Sequence record: SRR20825019_232
DNA: 38,860 nucleotides
Strand: one strand, 5' to 3'
A model generated the notes under the pieces. The model worked only from the letters and a program-made list of their open reading frames with translations, did not search any database and was not told where the DNA came from. The translations under genes were made by a program, and so were the position numbers. Positions 1-9,241 of this stretch are shown piece by piece. Positions within the stretch are counted from its first letter, which is position 1. Each line of letters opens with the position of its first letter.

Positions 1-41
1 TCATAACCCGAAGGTCATAGGTTCGAGTCCTGTCCCCGCTA
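1..41 (+). tRNA. tRNA-Met (CAT), probably initiator; 5' half outside the window
   Basis: TCATAACCCGAAGGTCATAGGTTCGAGTCCTGTCCCCGCTA contains the CAT anticodon loop, CCCG anticodon-stem strand, GGTTCGAGTCC T-arm and the fMet-like CCCCGCT acceptor strand; CCA is not encoded. Confidence 0.93.
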
Positions 42-47
42 CTAGAG

Positions 48-79
48 AAAAAGGTTGTCAATTTTTGACAACCTTTTTT
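48..79 (+). terminator. intrinsic terminator after the tRNA
   Basis: AAAAAGGTTGTCAA-TTT-TTGACAACCTTTTTT perfect inverted repeat with T tract. Confidence 0.85.
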
Positions 80-127
80 GTTTTAATTTTGTCCCATCCT
101 AAAATATCGTTACACAAAAAAACGTGT

Positions 128-164
128 AAAAAAAGCCAGCAAAATGAACAATTCTGCTGGCTTT
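128..164 (-). terminator. intrinsic terminator of the 187..633 gene
   Basis: AAAGCCAGCA...TGCTGGCTTT hairpin with a T tract on the minus strand. Confidence 0.7.
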
Positions 165-186
165 GAATCTTAGTATAAGATACTTT

Positions 187-633
187 CTAAAGTCCTCCTA
201 AAATTGCATCCACTCCAAAAGTGAACTTTGATGGAGAAACGGTTTCGCTTTCATGGATAACATTACTTGGATCAGAAGCACATATATGAACTCCACCGTT
301 AAAATAATCATCGTAATATACCGCATCTTGCATTATATATAAATGCGTAGAATTTGATCCATAAATGCGAATTTTCTTGTTGTTGATTACAACACCTCTT
401 GCTATGGGAATATTAGCCGTTAAATTCACTGAATTTCCTTCATCCAATGACACAGTTGGTCCTACGTTAATGTAAGTGAATCCATCCAAGGTGTAATCTA
501 TTTCTAAACGAACAGAAATACAACCATCAGATGCCGTTGAACCACTGTGTTCAACTAATTGGTAAATAGTCGTTACTTGCGAGTAAGAAAATGCAGTAAC
601 GCATAGTGTAAAGAATAAAATTAATGCTTTCAT
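187..633 (-). CDS. secreted hypothetical protein
   Basis: 148 aa ORF with Sec-type signal peptide MKALILFFTLCVTAFSYSQ and a downstream terminator. Confidence 0.75.
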   Translation of the reverse strand: MKALILFFTLCVTAFSYSQVTTIYQLVEHSGSTASDGCISVRLEIDYTLDGFTYINVGPTVSLDEGNSVNLTANIPIARGVVINNKKIRIYGSNSTHLYIMQDAVYYDDYFNGGVHICASDPSNVIHESETVSPSKFTFGVDAILGGL

Positions 634-808
634 GAAAAGTGGTTTAGTGAATTCTATTGAACTCAGGTTATGAGATAAAGATACATTTTATAAATTAATT
701 TAGAAACGCGAATGTATCAATTAACAATAATGATAACTCAAGCCTTATGTTTTTGAGAAGAGATGGCGAGTAAAACCAATTAGAATTTACGTAAGGAAAC
801 ATTTTCCG

Positions 809-834
809 GGTTCGATAACGTTACTGTCCCCGCT
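809..834 (+). repeat. degenerate direct repeat of the tRNA-Met 3' end (att-like remnant)
   Basis: GGTTCGA-taacgtta-CTGTCCCCGCT versus tRNA 20..40 GGTTCGA-gtc-CTGTCCCCGCT. Confidence 0.6.
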
Positions 835-960
835 GATAAATTGTTTTCAAAGTAAGGCTGATTTTCAGTTAAATTGGTTACAAGGGAAACGAAAGGAATT
901 TCTAATTGGTTGGAAACATGTTTCATTTGTTGGTACTCAAGATGAAAATTAACAAACTTT

Positions 961-986
961 TTTAGTTCTTCTCTTGCAGAACTAAA
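961..986. promoter_or_regulatory. putative operator of the MarR/GbsR regulator (GTTCT-N8-AGAAC)
   Basis: TTTAGTTCT-TCTCTTGC-AGAACTAAA palindrome overlapping the -33 region of the promoter. Confidence 0.65.
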
Positions 987-995
987 AAAACCACA

Positions 996-1003
996 TACCT
1001 TTG
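996..1003 (+). promoter_or_regulatory. Bacteroidota sigma-70 -7 element
   Basis: TACCTTTG matches TAnnTTTG and ends 7 nt before the ATG. Confidence 0.7.
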
Positions 1004-1010
1004 TATCGTT

Positions 1011-1484
1011 ATGGAAGAGCTAAAGTTAAGTGAGGATCAAAAGAGGCTAATTGAAAAGTTCGGTGTCCAGTTGGAGAGCATGGGATTGCCACCGGCTCAA
1101 GCACGTGTTGCAGGGTTACTGATTATTTGTGATCGCACGGAATTAACATTCGATGAGATCAAAGACTTATTGCAATTGAGTAAGAGCGCTACGAGTAATG
1201 CGATTAATTCACTACTAAGAATGGAGCGAATCAAATACCATACAAAATCTGGTGATCGAAAACGCTATTTTACGAGTAGCATTGGAGCGATGGAGGATGA
1301 TTTTAAAGACAAGATTGGACATATCTTGAAGTTTAAGGTTATTTTTTCGGAAGTGTTGGAGTCAAGAACACCCGATACCAAGGAATTTAATGCAAAGTTG
1401 AAGAGAGTAATCGATTTTCTTGATTTTATGCAATTGGAGCTACCGAGATTATACGAAGATTGGAAGAAAAATCATAGGGACTAA
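1011..1484 (+). CDS. GbsR/MarR-family transcriptional regulator
   Basis: GLPPAQARVAGLL, wHTH LTFDEIKDLLQLSKSATSNAI and wing GDRKRYF. Confidence 0.9.
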   Translation: MEELKLSEDQKRLIEKFGVQLESMGLPPAQARVAGLLIICDRTELTFDEIKDLLQLSKSATSNAINSLLRMERIKYHTKSGDRKRYFTSSIGAMEDDFKDKIGHILKFKVIFSEVLESRTPDTKEFNAKLKRVIDFLDFMQLELPRLYEDWKKNHRD

Positions 1485-1502
1485 AAAAATTTGCCTTTTT
1501 AG

Positions 1503-1520
1503 GTTCTTTTTATACAGAAC
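1503..1520. promoter_or_regulatory. second GTTCT-N8-AGAAC operator, upstream of the tolC-like gene
   Basis: GTTCT-TTTTATAC-AGAAC, same arms and spacer as 965..982. Confidence 0.6.
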
Positions 1521-1547
1521 AAACTAATTAATTTAAAACAAACTATC

Positions 1548-2888
1548 ATGAATAGAAGTGGAGTGCTGATTGGAACACTGTTGTTGTTATTGACCCAAAT
1601 AGGGTTTTCGCAACAAGCATCTCAGCCGATGAGCTTGAAGAATTGCGTGGATTACTCATTGAAAAATAGTCTGAGTGCGTCAGTATATTCTAATCAAGTG
1701 TTAATTGCTGAGCAGCAGAATAGGGAAGGAATCTCGAGCTATCTTCCACAAGTGAACATGTCGGGATCAATAGATGATAATCTAAAAAGACAAGTAACGG
1801 TAATCCCAGCTGGTACATTTGGACCAACAGATACCAAAGTACAGTTTGGGAATCAATATAATACATCGGTCAATATCCAAGCAGATCAGGTACTTTATGA
1901 CCAAACACTTATCAGCACGTTGAAGGTAAGCAAAACGGGCATCGAACTGGCTGAATTAAAACAAGTGAAAAATGAAGATGATATTATCTACAACACACTA
2001 ATTTCCTATTACAAAGTATTGATCTATGATGAGCAAATCAAATTGCTTGCTGAGAATCAAGAAAAATTACAAGGACTGGTAGAAGTTCAAAAATTACAGT
2101 TTGAAAAAGGTGTACTTAAGGAAGCTGACTACAAAAGAATCCTAGTCAATTTTAACAATGTCAAAGCTCAGCATGAGTTAGCGGAAACAAGCAAAAAAAT
2201 GGCGCTTTCAAACCTGAAAAATGCCATGGGAATGGACCTGAATGCGTCCCTCGTATTGTCCGACTCGTTGGCACTTCAGAATGAAACGATTCGACCTTCT
2301 TTTGATGATTTCGATGTTTCCCAAAAAGCCGATTATAGAATTTTAGAGACGAACATCCTTTTACAAGAAATTGATTTGGAAAGAAAACGGGCGCAGGCCT
2401 TACCAACACTGTCCTTGTATGCACGCTACGGAGCAAGTGCTTTCGGAAATGAGTTCGCACATTCGTTTGATTCTTGGTACGATTTCTCTGTTGTTGGGAT
2501 GAAACTCAATGTCCCTGTTTTTAGCGGACTTCGACGTGTTAGTCAAATTAAACAAAGTGAGCTGAACCTAGAGAACACGAAACAAAACCTTGAAATAAAC
2601 GCTCGAAACTTCCAATTGCAACTGCAAAATGCAAATACGCAGTTAATGAGTTCTTATACAAGTGTTCAAACGAATAAGGAGAATCTGGAACTCGCAAATT
2701 ATGTCTACGAAAACATGGAGTTGCAGTACCAAAAAGGCGTCTCTGGATTATCCGATTTTCTGAATGCAGATTATTCGAAAAAGGAAGCACAGTCGAATTA
2801 TATCAATTCACTGTTTAACTACGTGCTTGCCAAAATAGATATCGAGCAAGCGAAAGGAACCATTAAAGAATTTGTCAATCAATTATAA
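1548..2888 (+). CDS. TolC-family outer membrane efflux protein
   Basis: signal peptide, two OEP repeats (YLPQVNMS / ALPTLSLY...LNVPVFSG) and operon context. Confidence 0.92.
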   Translation: MNRSGVLIGTLLLLLTQIGFSQQASQPMSLKNCVDYSLKNSLSASVYSNQVLIAEQQNREGISSYLPQVNMSGSIDDNLKRQVTVIPAGTFGPTDTKVQFGNQYNTSVNIQADQVLYDQTLISTLKVSKTGIELAELKQVKNEDDIIYNTLISYYKVLIYDEQIKLLAENQEKLQGLVEVQKLQFEKGVLKEADYKRILVNFNNVKAQHELAETSKKMALSNLKNAMGMDLNASLVLSDSLALQNETIRPSFDDFDVSQKADYRILETNILLQEIDLERKRAQALPTLSLYARYGASAFGNEFAHSFDSWYDFSVVGMKLNVPVFSGLRRVSQIKQSELNLENTKQNLEINARNFQLQLQNANTQLMSSYTSVQTNKENLELANYVYENMELQYQKGVSGLSDFLNADYSKKEAQSNYINSLFNYVLAKIDIEQAKGTIKEFVNQL

Positions 2889-2899
2889 GAATTAGTAAA

Positions 2900-3964
2900 A
2901 TGAAAAGAGTTTTTATTATCGTAGGAATCGTGGCTTTTGCTGGATTAGTAGCCTTCAGATTATATAGCAATAAACAAATCATCAATGAGAATAATACAGC
3001 CGTTGATCGATCTAATTTTAAAATCCCAGTAACTGTTTTCAATGTTCATGAGGTTGAATTGGGAGGAACTTTTTCGCTTCCTTCTGTCTTAGAACCGATT
3101 GAAGAAGCAAATATCGCGCTCAATACAGCAGGGAAGATTAAATCATTCAACGTTGACCTTGGCTCATACGTTCGAAAAGGGCAAGTGATTGGTTCTATCG
3201 ACAATAGCCTGAAACAACTTAGTTTGCAATCAACTCAGTTGCAAGTCGACAAACTAAAGGTAGATTACCAACGAATAAAAGAATTGTACGAAGGTAATGC
3301 GGCAACTAAATTGGATCTGGACAATGCAAAGTACAATTTGGACAATACCGTGATTCAGTTGGCTTCATTGAAACAACAAATAGCCGACGGAAGTTTGATT
3401 TCGCCAATTAACGGAATCATTACAGCGACGAATATCGAAGAAGGTGAATTCTTGAACATGGGAGTAACAGCTGCAAGAGTAGTAGATGTAACCACCATGA
3501 AAGCGAACGTAATGGTTAGCGAAAGAGATGTATATCGTTTAAAAGAAGGGATGCTGGTCGACATTAAAACAGACATTTATCCTGAAAAGAACATCGCAGG
3601 GAAAATCACATTTATTAGTCCATCGGGTGATGCAAGTCACAATTATCAAGTCGAAATTCAAATCAAAGATGTAAAGTCACTTAATCTAAAAGCGGGAACA
3701 TTTATTTCAGTGAATTTCTCGATAGATTCAAAAGAAAAAGTGATGGAAATTCCTAAAACGGCACTAGTTGAAGGGATGAAGAACCCATTTGTTTACGTCG
3801 CTAAAGGTCAAAAATTAGAGGTTCGAAAAATCGTCATCGGAAGAGATTTGGGTGAGACAATTCAGGTGCTGGATGGGTTGAAAATAAACGACCAAGTGAT
3901 CATATCAGGACAAATTAATTTGACTTCCAATAGCATAATTGAAGTCATTAACACCACAAAATAA
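2900..3964 (+). CDS. RND efflux periplasmic adaptor (MFP)
   Basis: N-terminal anchor, GKI...VDLGSYVRKGQVI lipoyl half, coiled hairpin, SPINGII, VLDGLKINDQVI. Confidence 0.93.
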   Translation: MKRVFIIVGIVAFAGLVAFRLYSNKQIINENNTAVDRSNFKIPVTVFNVHEVELGGTFSLPSVLEPIEEANIALNTAGKIKSFNVDLGSYVRKGQVIGSIDNSLKQLSLQSTQLQVDKLKVDYQRIKELYEGNAATKLDLDNAKYNLDNTVIQLASLKQQIADGSLISPINGIITATNIEEGEFLNMGVTAARVVDVTTMKANVMVSERDVYRLKEGMLVDIKTDIYPEKNIAGKITFISPSGDASHNYQVEIQIKDVKSLNLKAGTFISVNFSIDSKEKVMEIPKTALVEGMKNPFVYVAKGQKLEVRKIVIGRDLGETIQVLDGLKINDQVIISGQINLTSNSIIEVINTTK

Positions 3965-3969
3965 AGAGC

Positions 3970-6900
3970 ATGTCAATTACGGAAATAGCAGTTAAGCGTC
4001 CATTGTTGATTATTGTGATCTTTTTCACACTAATCCTCTTTGGATTCATAAGTTATCAAAGTCTAAACTACAATCTTCTGCCAAAATTTGAGGCGAATGT
4101 ATTGTCAGTTTCTACGGTGTACCGAGGGGCTTCGGCCGATGAGGTGCAAAGTTCAATCACCAAACCCATTGAAGATGCAGTTTCCTCAGTGGAAGGAATT
4201 GATCATATAAATTCTAATTCAATGGAAGGTGTTTCTGTGGTGATCATTCGATTAAAGGATGGAATTAGCACGGTTACTGCACAGTTGGATATGGAGCGGA
4301 AAATCAACCAGATGAAAGCATCACTTCCCGAGGAGGTGGATGATCCTGTTGTGAATCGATTTAACTCTGAAGAACTTCCTGTATTGCGATTAAGTGCTTC
4401 GGCAAATGCAAGTCCTACAGAGTTGTATGATATGGTGGATCAGCAAATTAAACCTTTGTTATCCAACGTTCCAGGAGTTGGAGCGATCAACTTAATCGGT
4501 GGAAATCAACGTGAAATTAAAGTTCAGTTTGACAACGATAAGATGGCGAGCTATGGAATTACAAGCTCACAAATCAATCAACAAATCGCAGCGTCCAATG
4601 TGTCGTATCCAGCGGGAAGCGTGGAAAATGATTCGAGAAGATTCACACTGAGATTGGATGAAAAGTTCAAATCTGTGGAGGATCTAAGTAATTTGATCAT
4701 TAGACAGAATGAAGATGGATCGCGTGTATTTCTGAGAGATGTCGCAACGATTTTCGACGGACAGACAGAGGATGAAATGGTCAACCGAATTAATGGTAAA
4801 CCTGGAATCGGAATCGAGATTATTAAGCAAGCGGATGCAAACTCTGTGAGTGTAAGTGAATTGGTGAAGGAGAAATTGGAAGATTTGAAAGTTCAATACT
4901 CTGAAAAGGGATTAGACTTTGAAATTGCCGTCGATCAATCACTGTATACGTTAGCTTCGGCAGATGCGGTAATGCACGATCTTTTGCTCGCGGTAATCAT
5001 CGTAGCCTTCGTAATGCTGCTGTTTTTACATAGTGTGAAGAGTTCATTCTTCGTCCTCGTAGCACTTCCTTCGGCAATGATTCCAACATTTATCATGATG
5101 TATGCGTTTGGATTCTCGTTGAACCTAATGTCGTTGATGGCACTTTCATTGGTGGTCGGAATTCTGGTCGATGACAGTATTGTAATCCTGGAGAATATTT
5201 TTCGACACATGGAAATGGGTAAAACCAGAATGAAAGCGGCACTCGATGGTCGTGCGGAAATTGGATTTACGGCAGTAGCAATTACACTGGTTGATATCGT
5301 GGTATTCGTACCAATGGCAATTAGCGGTGGAATGATCGGAAATATCTTGAGAGAATTTTCACTCGTGGTGGTATTTTCAACGCTCATGAGTTTGATTGTA
5401 TCATTTACACTCACACCATTGCTTGCTTCTCGTTTTGCTTCGTTGCCAAAATTATCTACAACAAGTTTGTACGGTAAATTTTTCCTTGGCTTTGAGAAAA
5501 TCGTTGAATCGATCAAACAAGGGTATGGAAAGCTTTTGACATGGTCTTTGGGACACAAAAGATATATTTTAATGGGCGTTTTTGCCTTGTTCGTTGGAGC
5601 GGTATCATTGGTTCCAGCTGGATTTATTGGAACAGCATTCGTGAGTCCAAGTGACAAAGGAGAACTTAACATCGCGATTGAACTTGCGCAAGGAACGTCG
5701 TTGAAAGAAACCAACTTGGCGGTGCTCAAAGCGGAAAAAATCGTAATGAAGCATCCAGAGGTGACGAAAGTCTTCACGAACGTCGGGACACAATCTGGAA
5801 ATGCATTGACAGGAGGAACGTCTACGAGTAATATTGCAGAGATTTCTATTCAAATGGTCGATAAGAAGGATCGCGAGATTTCTCAAGATGATTTTGGAGA
5901 ATTGATGAGAAATGAAATCTCTCAGATTCCAGGAGTCAAAGTAACGATCAAACCAACGGGGATCACGGGTAGTTCTGAAGCTCCGATTCAAGTGGCAGTG
6001 AAAGGAACCAACCTCGATGAAATTTGGGTAGAAGCGAAAAAAGTGAAACAGCTCATTCAGGAAACGGCAGGTACGGATTACGTTGAGTTTAGTACTAAGA
6101 ATCCACAAACGGAGATTGATATTCAACTAGACCGCGAGAAAATGAGGTTGGTTGGATTGAGTTTAACAGATGTTGGAAATAGCTTGCAAACAGCTTTCCG
6201 TGGGAACGATCAGTTGAAATACTCAGATAATGGAGAGGAATATGCGATCAATATTATCGCTGAAAAAGCAGATCGCCAAAACATTGATGATGTTCGGAAA
6301 GTTCAGATTAGAAATAATCAAGGAGCGATGGTTCAACTTTCGGAAATAGCAACTATTTCTGAAAAACTGGGACAAGCGGTACTTCAACGTTCAGATCGAT
6401 TGAATAGTATAAAAATTGATGCATTTGCAGTGGGTAGACCAGTCGGAACAATCACTCAGGATATCAAGGATGGAATTGCGAAACTCGATATGAATAAGAA
6501 TGTGATTATTGAATTTCAAGGGCAGGCAGAACAACAATCGGATGCGTTTGGAAGTCTTGGTTTGGCAATGATGATTGGATTCTTGCTAGTGTACTTAATC
6601 ATGGTAGCGTTATATGAAAGTGTGGTGTATCCATTCGTCGTTATGTTCTCTATTCCTGTGGCGTTAATTGGTGCATTTTTAGCACTTGCGCTCACGATGG
6701 AAACATTGAACATATTCGCCATTGTCGGATTAATCATGTTGATGGGATTGGTGGCCAAGAACGGAATTTTAATTGTCGATTTTACCAATCAATTGAAAGA
6801 GCAAGGTTACGAGTTGAAAGCGGCGTTAGTAGAAGCTGGGAAGGAACGACTTCGCCCAATTTTAATGACAACAATTGCGATGATCTTCGGGATGCTTCCC

Positions 6901-7110
6901 ATCGCGTTATCAGCTGGAGCTGGAGCCGAAGTAAAAAACGGAATGGCATGGGTAATCATTGGAGGGTTGACAAGTTCCTTGTTCCTAACGCTCGTGTTGG
7001 TACCAACGATTTACTATATCGTAGATAAATTAAAGGAGCGCTTTAGTAATTATAGAAAGCGCTTGGCTTCAAAAAAGGAGGTGAAATTAGACGAAATTCA
7101 AGAAGCTTAG
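3970..7110 (+). CDS. AcrB/AcrD/AcrF-family RND transporter
   Basis: 1046 aa; GILVDDSIV, GLVAKNGIL and RLRPILMT motifs. Confidence 0.96.
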   Translation: MSITEIAVKRPLLIIVIFFTLILFGFISYQSLNYNLLPKFEANVLSVSTVYRGASADEVQSSITKPIEDAVSSVEGIDHINSNSMEGVSVVIIRLKDGISTVTAQLDMERKINQMKASLPEEVDDPVVNRFNSEELPVLRLSASANASPTELYDMVDQQIKPLLSNVPGVGAINLIGGNQREIKVQFDNDKMASYGITSSQINQQIAASNVSYPAGSVENDSRRFTLRLDEKFKSVEDLSNLIIRQNEDGSRVFLRDVATIFDGQTEDEMVNRINGKPGIGIEIIKQADANSVSVSELVKEKLEDLKVQYSEKGLDFEIAVDQSLYTLASADAVMHDLLLAVIIVAFVMLLFLHSVKSSFFVLVALPSAMIPTFIMMYAFGFSLNLMSLMALSLVVGILVDDSIVILENIFRHMEMGKTRMKAALDGRAEIGFTAVAITLVDIVVFVPMAISGGMIGNILREFSLVVVFSTLMSLIVSFTLTPLLASRFASLPKLSTTSLYGKFFLGFEKIVESIKQGYGKLLTWSLGHKRYILMGVFALFVGAVSLVPAGFIGTAFVSPSDKGELNIAIELAQGTSLKETNLAVLKAEKIVMKHPEVTKVFTNVGTQSGNALTGGTSTSNIAEISIQMVDKKDREISQDDFGELMRNEISQIPGVKVTIKPTGITGSSEAPIQVAVKGTNLDEIWVEAKKVKQLIQETAGTDYVEFSTKNPQTEIDIQLDREKMRLVGLSLTDVGNSLQTAFRGNDQLKYSDNGEEYAINIIAEKADRQNIDDVRKVQIRNNQGAMVQLSEIATISEKLGQAVLQRSDRLNSIKIDAFAVGRPVGTITQDIKDGIAKLDMNKNVIIEFQGQAEQQSDAFGSLGLAMMIGFLLVYLIMVALYESVVYPFVVMFSIPVALIGAFLALALTMETLNIFAIVGLIMLMGLVAKNGILIVDFTNQLKEQGYELKAALVEAGKERLRPILMTTIAMIFGMLPIALSAGAGAEVKNGMAWVIIGGLTSSLFLTLVLVPTIYYIVDKLKERFSNYRKRLASKKEVKLDEIQEA

Positions 7111-7138
7111 TGTTAGGTAGTAGTTTATAGTAAAGTAG

Positions 7139-7171
7139 AAGCCTGCTCGATTTTTTCGAGCAGGCTTTTTT
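7139..7171 (+). terminator. intrinsic terminator between convergent genes
   Basis: AAGCCTGCTCGA-loop-TCGAGCAGGCTTTTTT. Confidence 0.9.
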
Positions 7172-7216
7172 GTGATTTTCACATTGGATTTTTTAATTTT
7201 TGGTGAATCACCTTGC

Positions 7217-7822
7217 TTATTTTTCGCAGGTTCCTTGCTGAGCGATGCACGATGTAGGATTTCCAATAAGTTTATCCACTATTCGTCCAATTTTATAGGG
7301 TACACTGCTTGTCTTTTTCCCAAAGCCCAAGAAGCTTCTCTTATCGATAAACCCAATTTGATGCATGTATTCGTGCATTAGATGTGATGCATAACATTTC
7401 ACGTCGTTGTTCAGAATGAAGCACCTATGCGTTCGAGTGACCCGAGTAGTCATATTAGTCACGCCAAAATTATCGTTGTTCTTTTTTTTAAAGGGTGTAT
7501 CAAATACACTTAAACGAAAATTGAGTTCATCATCTTTCTCAGCGTTAATGTAGTTGTTGTGTCCTCCAACGAGCAGTTCATATATTTCCCCACTAGATAA
7601 ATGGTTGTTTCCGACGTTAAAATTCTCCTCGAGAACCATCTGCTTGAATTCGTTTGAATTAAGTGCTAGCTCGAGAATTTTTGCCGCTTCTTGCAGTTTT
7701 TGTTCACTAGCAAGATCAAATGTACTATCGGGTTGCATGTTAATGTGAATGCTCTGCTGTCCAAATGAAGATGGGTCAAAGGATAGAAATAGTAGAAGGA
7801 AAAGAGTGAATTTTTTAAGCAT
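7217..7822 (-). CDS. secreted metzincin-type zinc metalloprotease
   Basis: likely start MLKKFTLFLLLFLSF (signal peptide); HEYMHQIGFID matches HEXXHXXGXX(H/D); downstream SVPY. Confidence 0.75.
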   Translation of the reverse strand: MLKKFTLFLLLFLSFDPSSFGQQSIHINMQPDSTFDLASEQKLQEAAKILELALNSNEFKQMVLEENFNVGNNHLSSGEIYELLVGGHNNYINAEKDDELNFRLSVFDTPFKKKNNDNFGVTNMTTRVTRTHRCFILNNDVKCYASHLMHEYMHQIGFIDKRSFLGFGKKTSSVPYKIGRIVDKLIGNPTSCIAQQGTCEK

Positions 7823-7884
7823 GGTCATTATTTTTTCAGATGTGTAAATAAAATGGCAGATGTGTTTGAGTCTTGAATATAGTG

Positions 7885-9153
7885 CTATTTCTCTTTTCCA
7901 CCAATTACGTACGATATCCCGAACATAAGTCCTGGTTTCCATGTGGAAATCGTTGGGACATCAATAGATGCATTTCCAAGATTAATTCCAAGCTCGTATC
8001 CCGGAGAGAGAATGCGAGTCTGTCTAATTGCTGCACCAACGTTGAACCCAAATCTGCCATATTCTGTTTGGAATAAGGATGTGAAAAAGACAGAAAAATT
8101 AGGGCTAAGATTGTCTTGACCGTCTACAGGAACGCCAAGCCCAAGTCCAAAACCAACAAGTGCGTCATTAACTCTCCAAGTTCCGTTCATGTAGGTTCCG
8201 AAGGAGGGTTGAATGTTTGAAATTCGTCTACTGACAATAAGTGAATCCACGTTTTTAAAGGCATTATTGACTGAGCCATCTGTAATGATTACATGTGCTC
8301 CAACCGAACCACTCATTTTGAAATGATTCTTTGTAATGAACGTGTGATTGTAAGAACATACCAACTGTTTAGTACTTTTTTTATAAATGCTCACTTCTAT
8401 TTCAGTTTCTTCCTTTTTTGCTTCGAAAGGAAGAAATTTCTTAAATGAAATGGAGTTGATCATCTGCATAGTTTTGGAGAGTTGGTTTTTGGTTTCTCGT
8501 ATTGTTTCAGACAAATCAATCTCTATTTCTTTGCTCCCGTCCTCAGTAAAGGAACTTATTGAAGACCTGAAATTAGTTTTTAATTGATTCATTTCGAAGA
8601 CAAGTTCATTCAATTCTTCTTGAGTGGAGACAAGAGATAAGCGATAAAGAATGTTTTGAACTTCATCATTAGTATTTTTAATGGCATTTAGAAACTTCTC
8701 TTTTTCCCTTAGCTTCTTTAAATTAGTATCATCAAAAGGAGCTAAAGATTGTTCTTTTTTATCTTTTTCATTTTCTTCCTCCTTAATTTCATTTAAAGTA
8801 TTGTCACGTATTTTTTTTAAATTTGTATTACTTGCAAACGTTTCATCTTTCACTGGAGTTGTAATGTCAGAAAAATCTCCTCCATTACTATTAATGTTTC
8901 GTTCTAATTTGTTAAATACAATAGAATCCATCATAGGATTGTAGTTATTTACTTCAATCTGTAATGATTCACCTTTTGAAACATAACTTGTTTCTTTATG
9001 AAGAGTCGATTCTCCTGTTTTTGCATCAATGGTTACAATGTTAGTTTTTTCTTGGGGGCTTTCTTTAAACATTGAACACGAAGAGAAAAAGAGTGTCAAG
9101 GAAAGCGCAGAGCCTAACAAACTGAAAACGCGAATAAATATTAAATTTTTCAT
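7885..9153 (-). CDS. lipoprotein with helical middle and beta-rich (possible OM barrel) C-terminus
   Basis: lipobox LFFSSC (Cys26); charged helical segment; alternating hydrophobic/Gly strands such as VGFGLGLGV, FGFNVGAA, GLMFGISYV. Confidence 0.75.
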   Translation of the reverse strand: MKNLIFIRVFSLLGSALSLTLFFSSCSMFKESPQEKTNIVTIDAKTGESTLHKETSYVSKGESLQIEVNNYNPMMDSIVFNKLERNINSNGGDFSDITTPVKDETFASNTNLKKIRDNTLNEIKEEENEKDKKEQSLAPFDDTNLKKLREKEKFLNAIKNTNDEVQNILYRLSLVSTQEELNELVFEMNQLKTNFRSSISSFTEDGSKEIEIDLSETIRETKNQLSKTMQMINSISFKKFLPFEAKKEETEIEVSIYKKSTKQLVCSYNHTFITKNHFKMSGSVGAHVIITDGSVNNAFKNVDSLIVSRRISNIQPSFGTYMNGTWRVNDALVGFGLGLGVPVDGQDNLSPNFSVFFTSLFQTEYGRFGFNVGAAIRQTRILSPGYELGINLGNASIDVPTISTWKPGLMFGISYVIGGKEK

Positions 9154-9202
9154 GTGATATAGATTTATATCACAAATTTCCCTCTATCTAACTCTTTCTG
9201 CC

Positions 9203-9218
9203 TCACTACAATTAGTGA
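9203..9218. promoter_or_regulatory. putative NarL/LuxR regulator box TCACTA-N4-TAGTGA (copy 1)
   Basis: TCACTA-CAAT-TAGTGA, 22 nt upstream of the minus-strand -7-like GAAATTTG (9173..9180). Confidence 0.7.
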
Positions 9219-9241
9219 AACTCACCCAAAAACACCAAAAA

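Noticed and set aside
4935-5777. 280-aa antisense ORF
   Set aside because: Shadow of the RND transporter on the opposite strand; no independent features
7823-7942. N-terminal extension of the metalloprotease ORF
   Set aside because: Overlaps the upstream gene; the internal ATG gives a clean signal peptide
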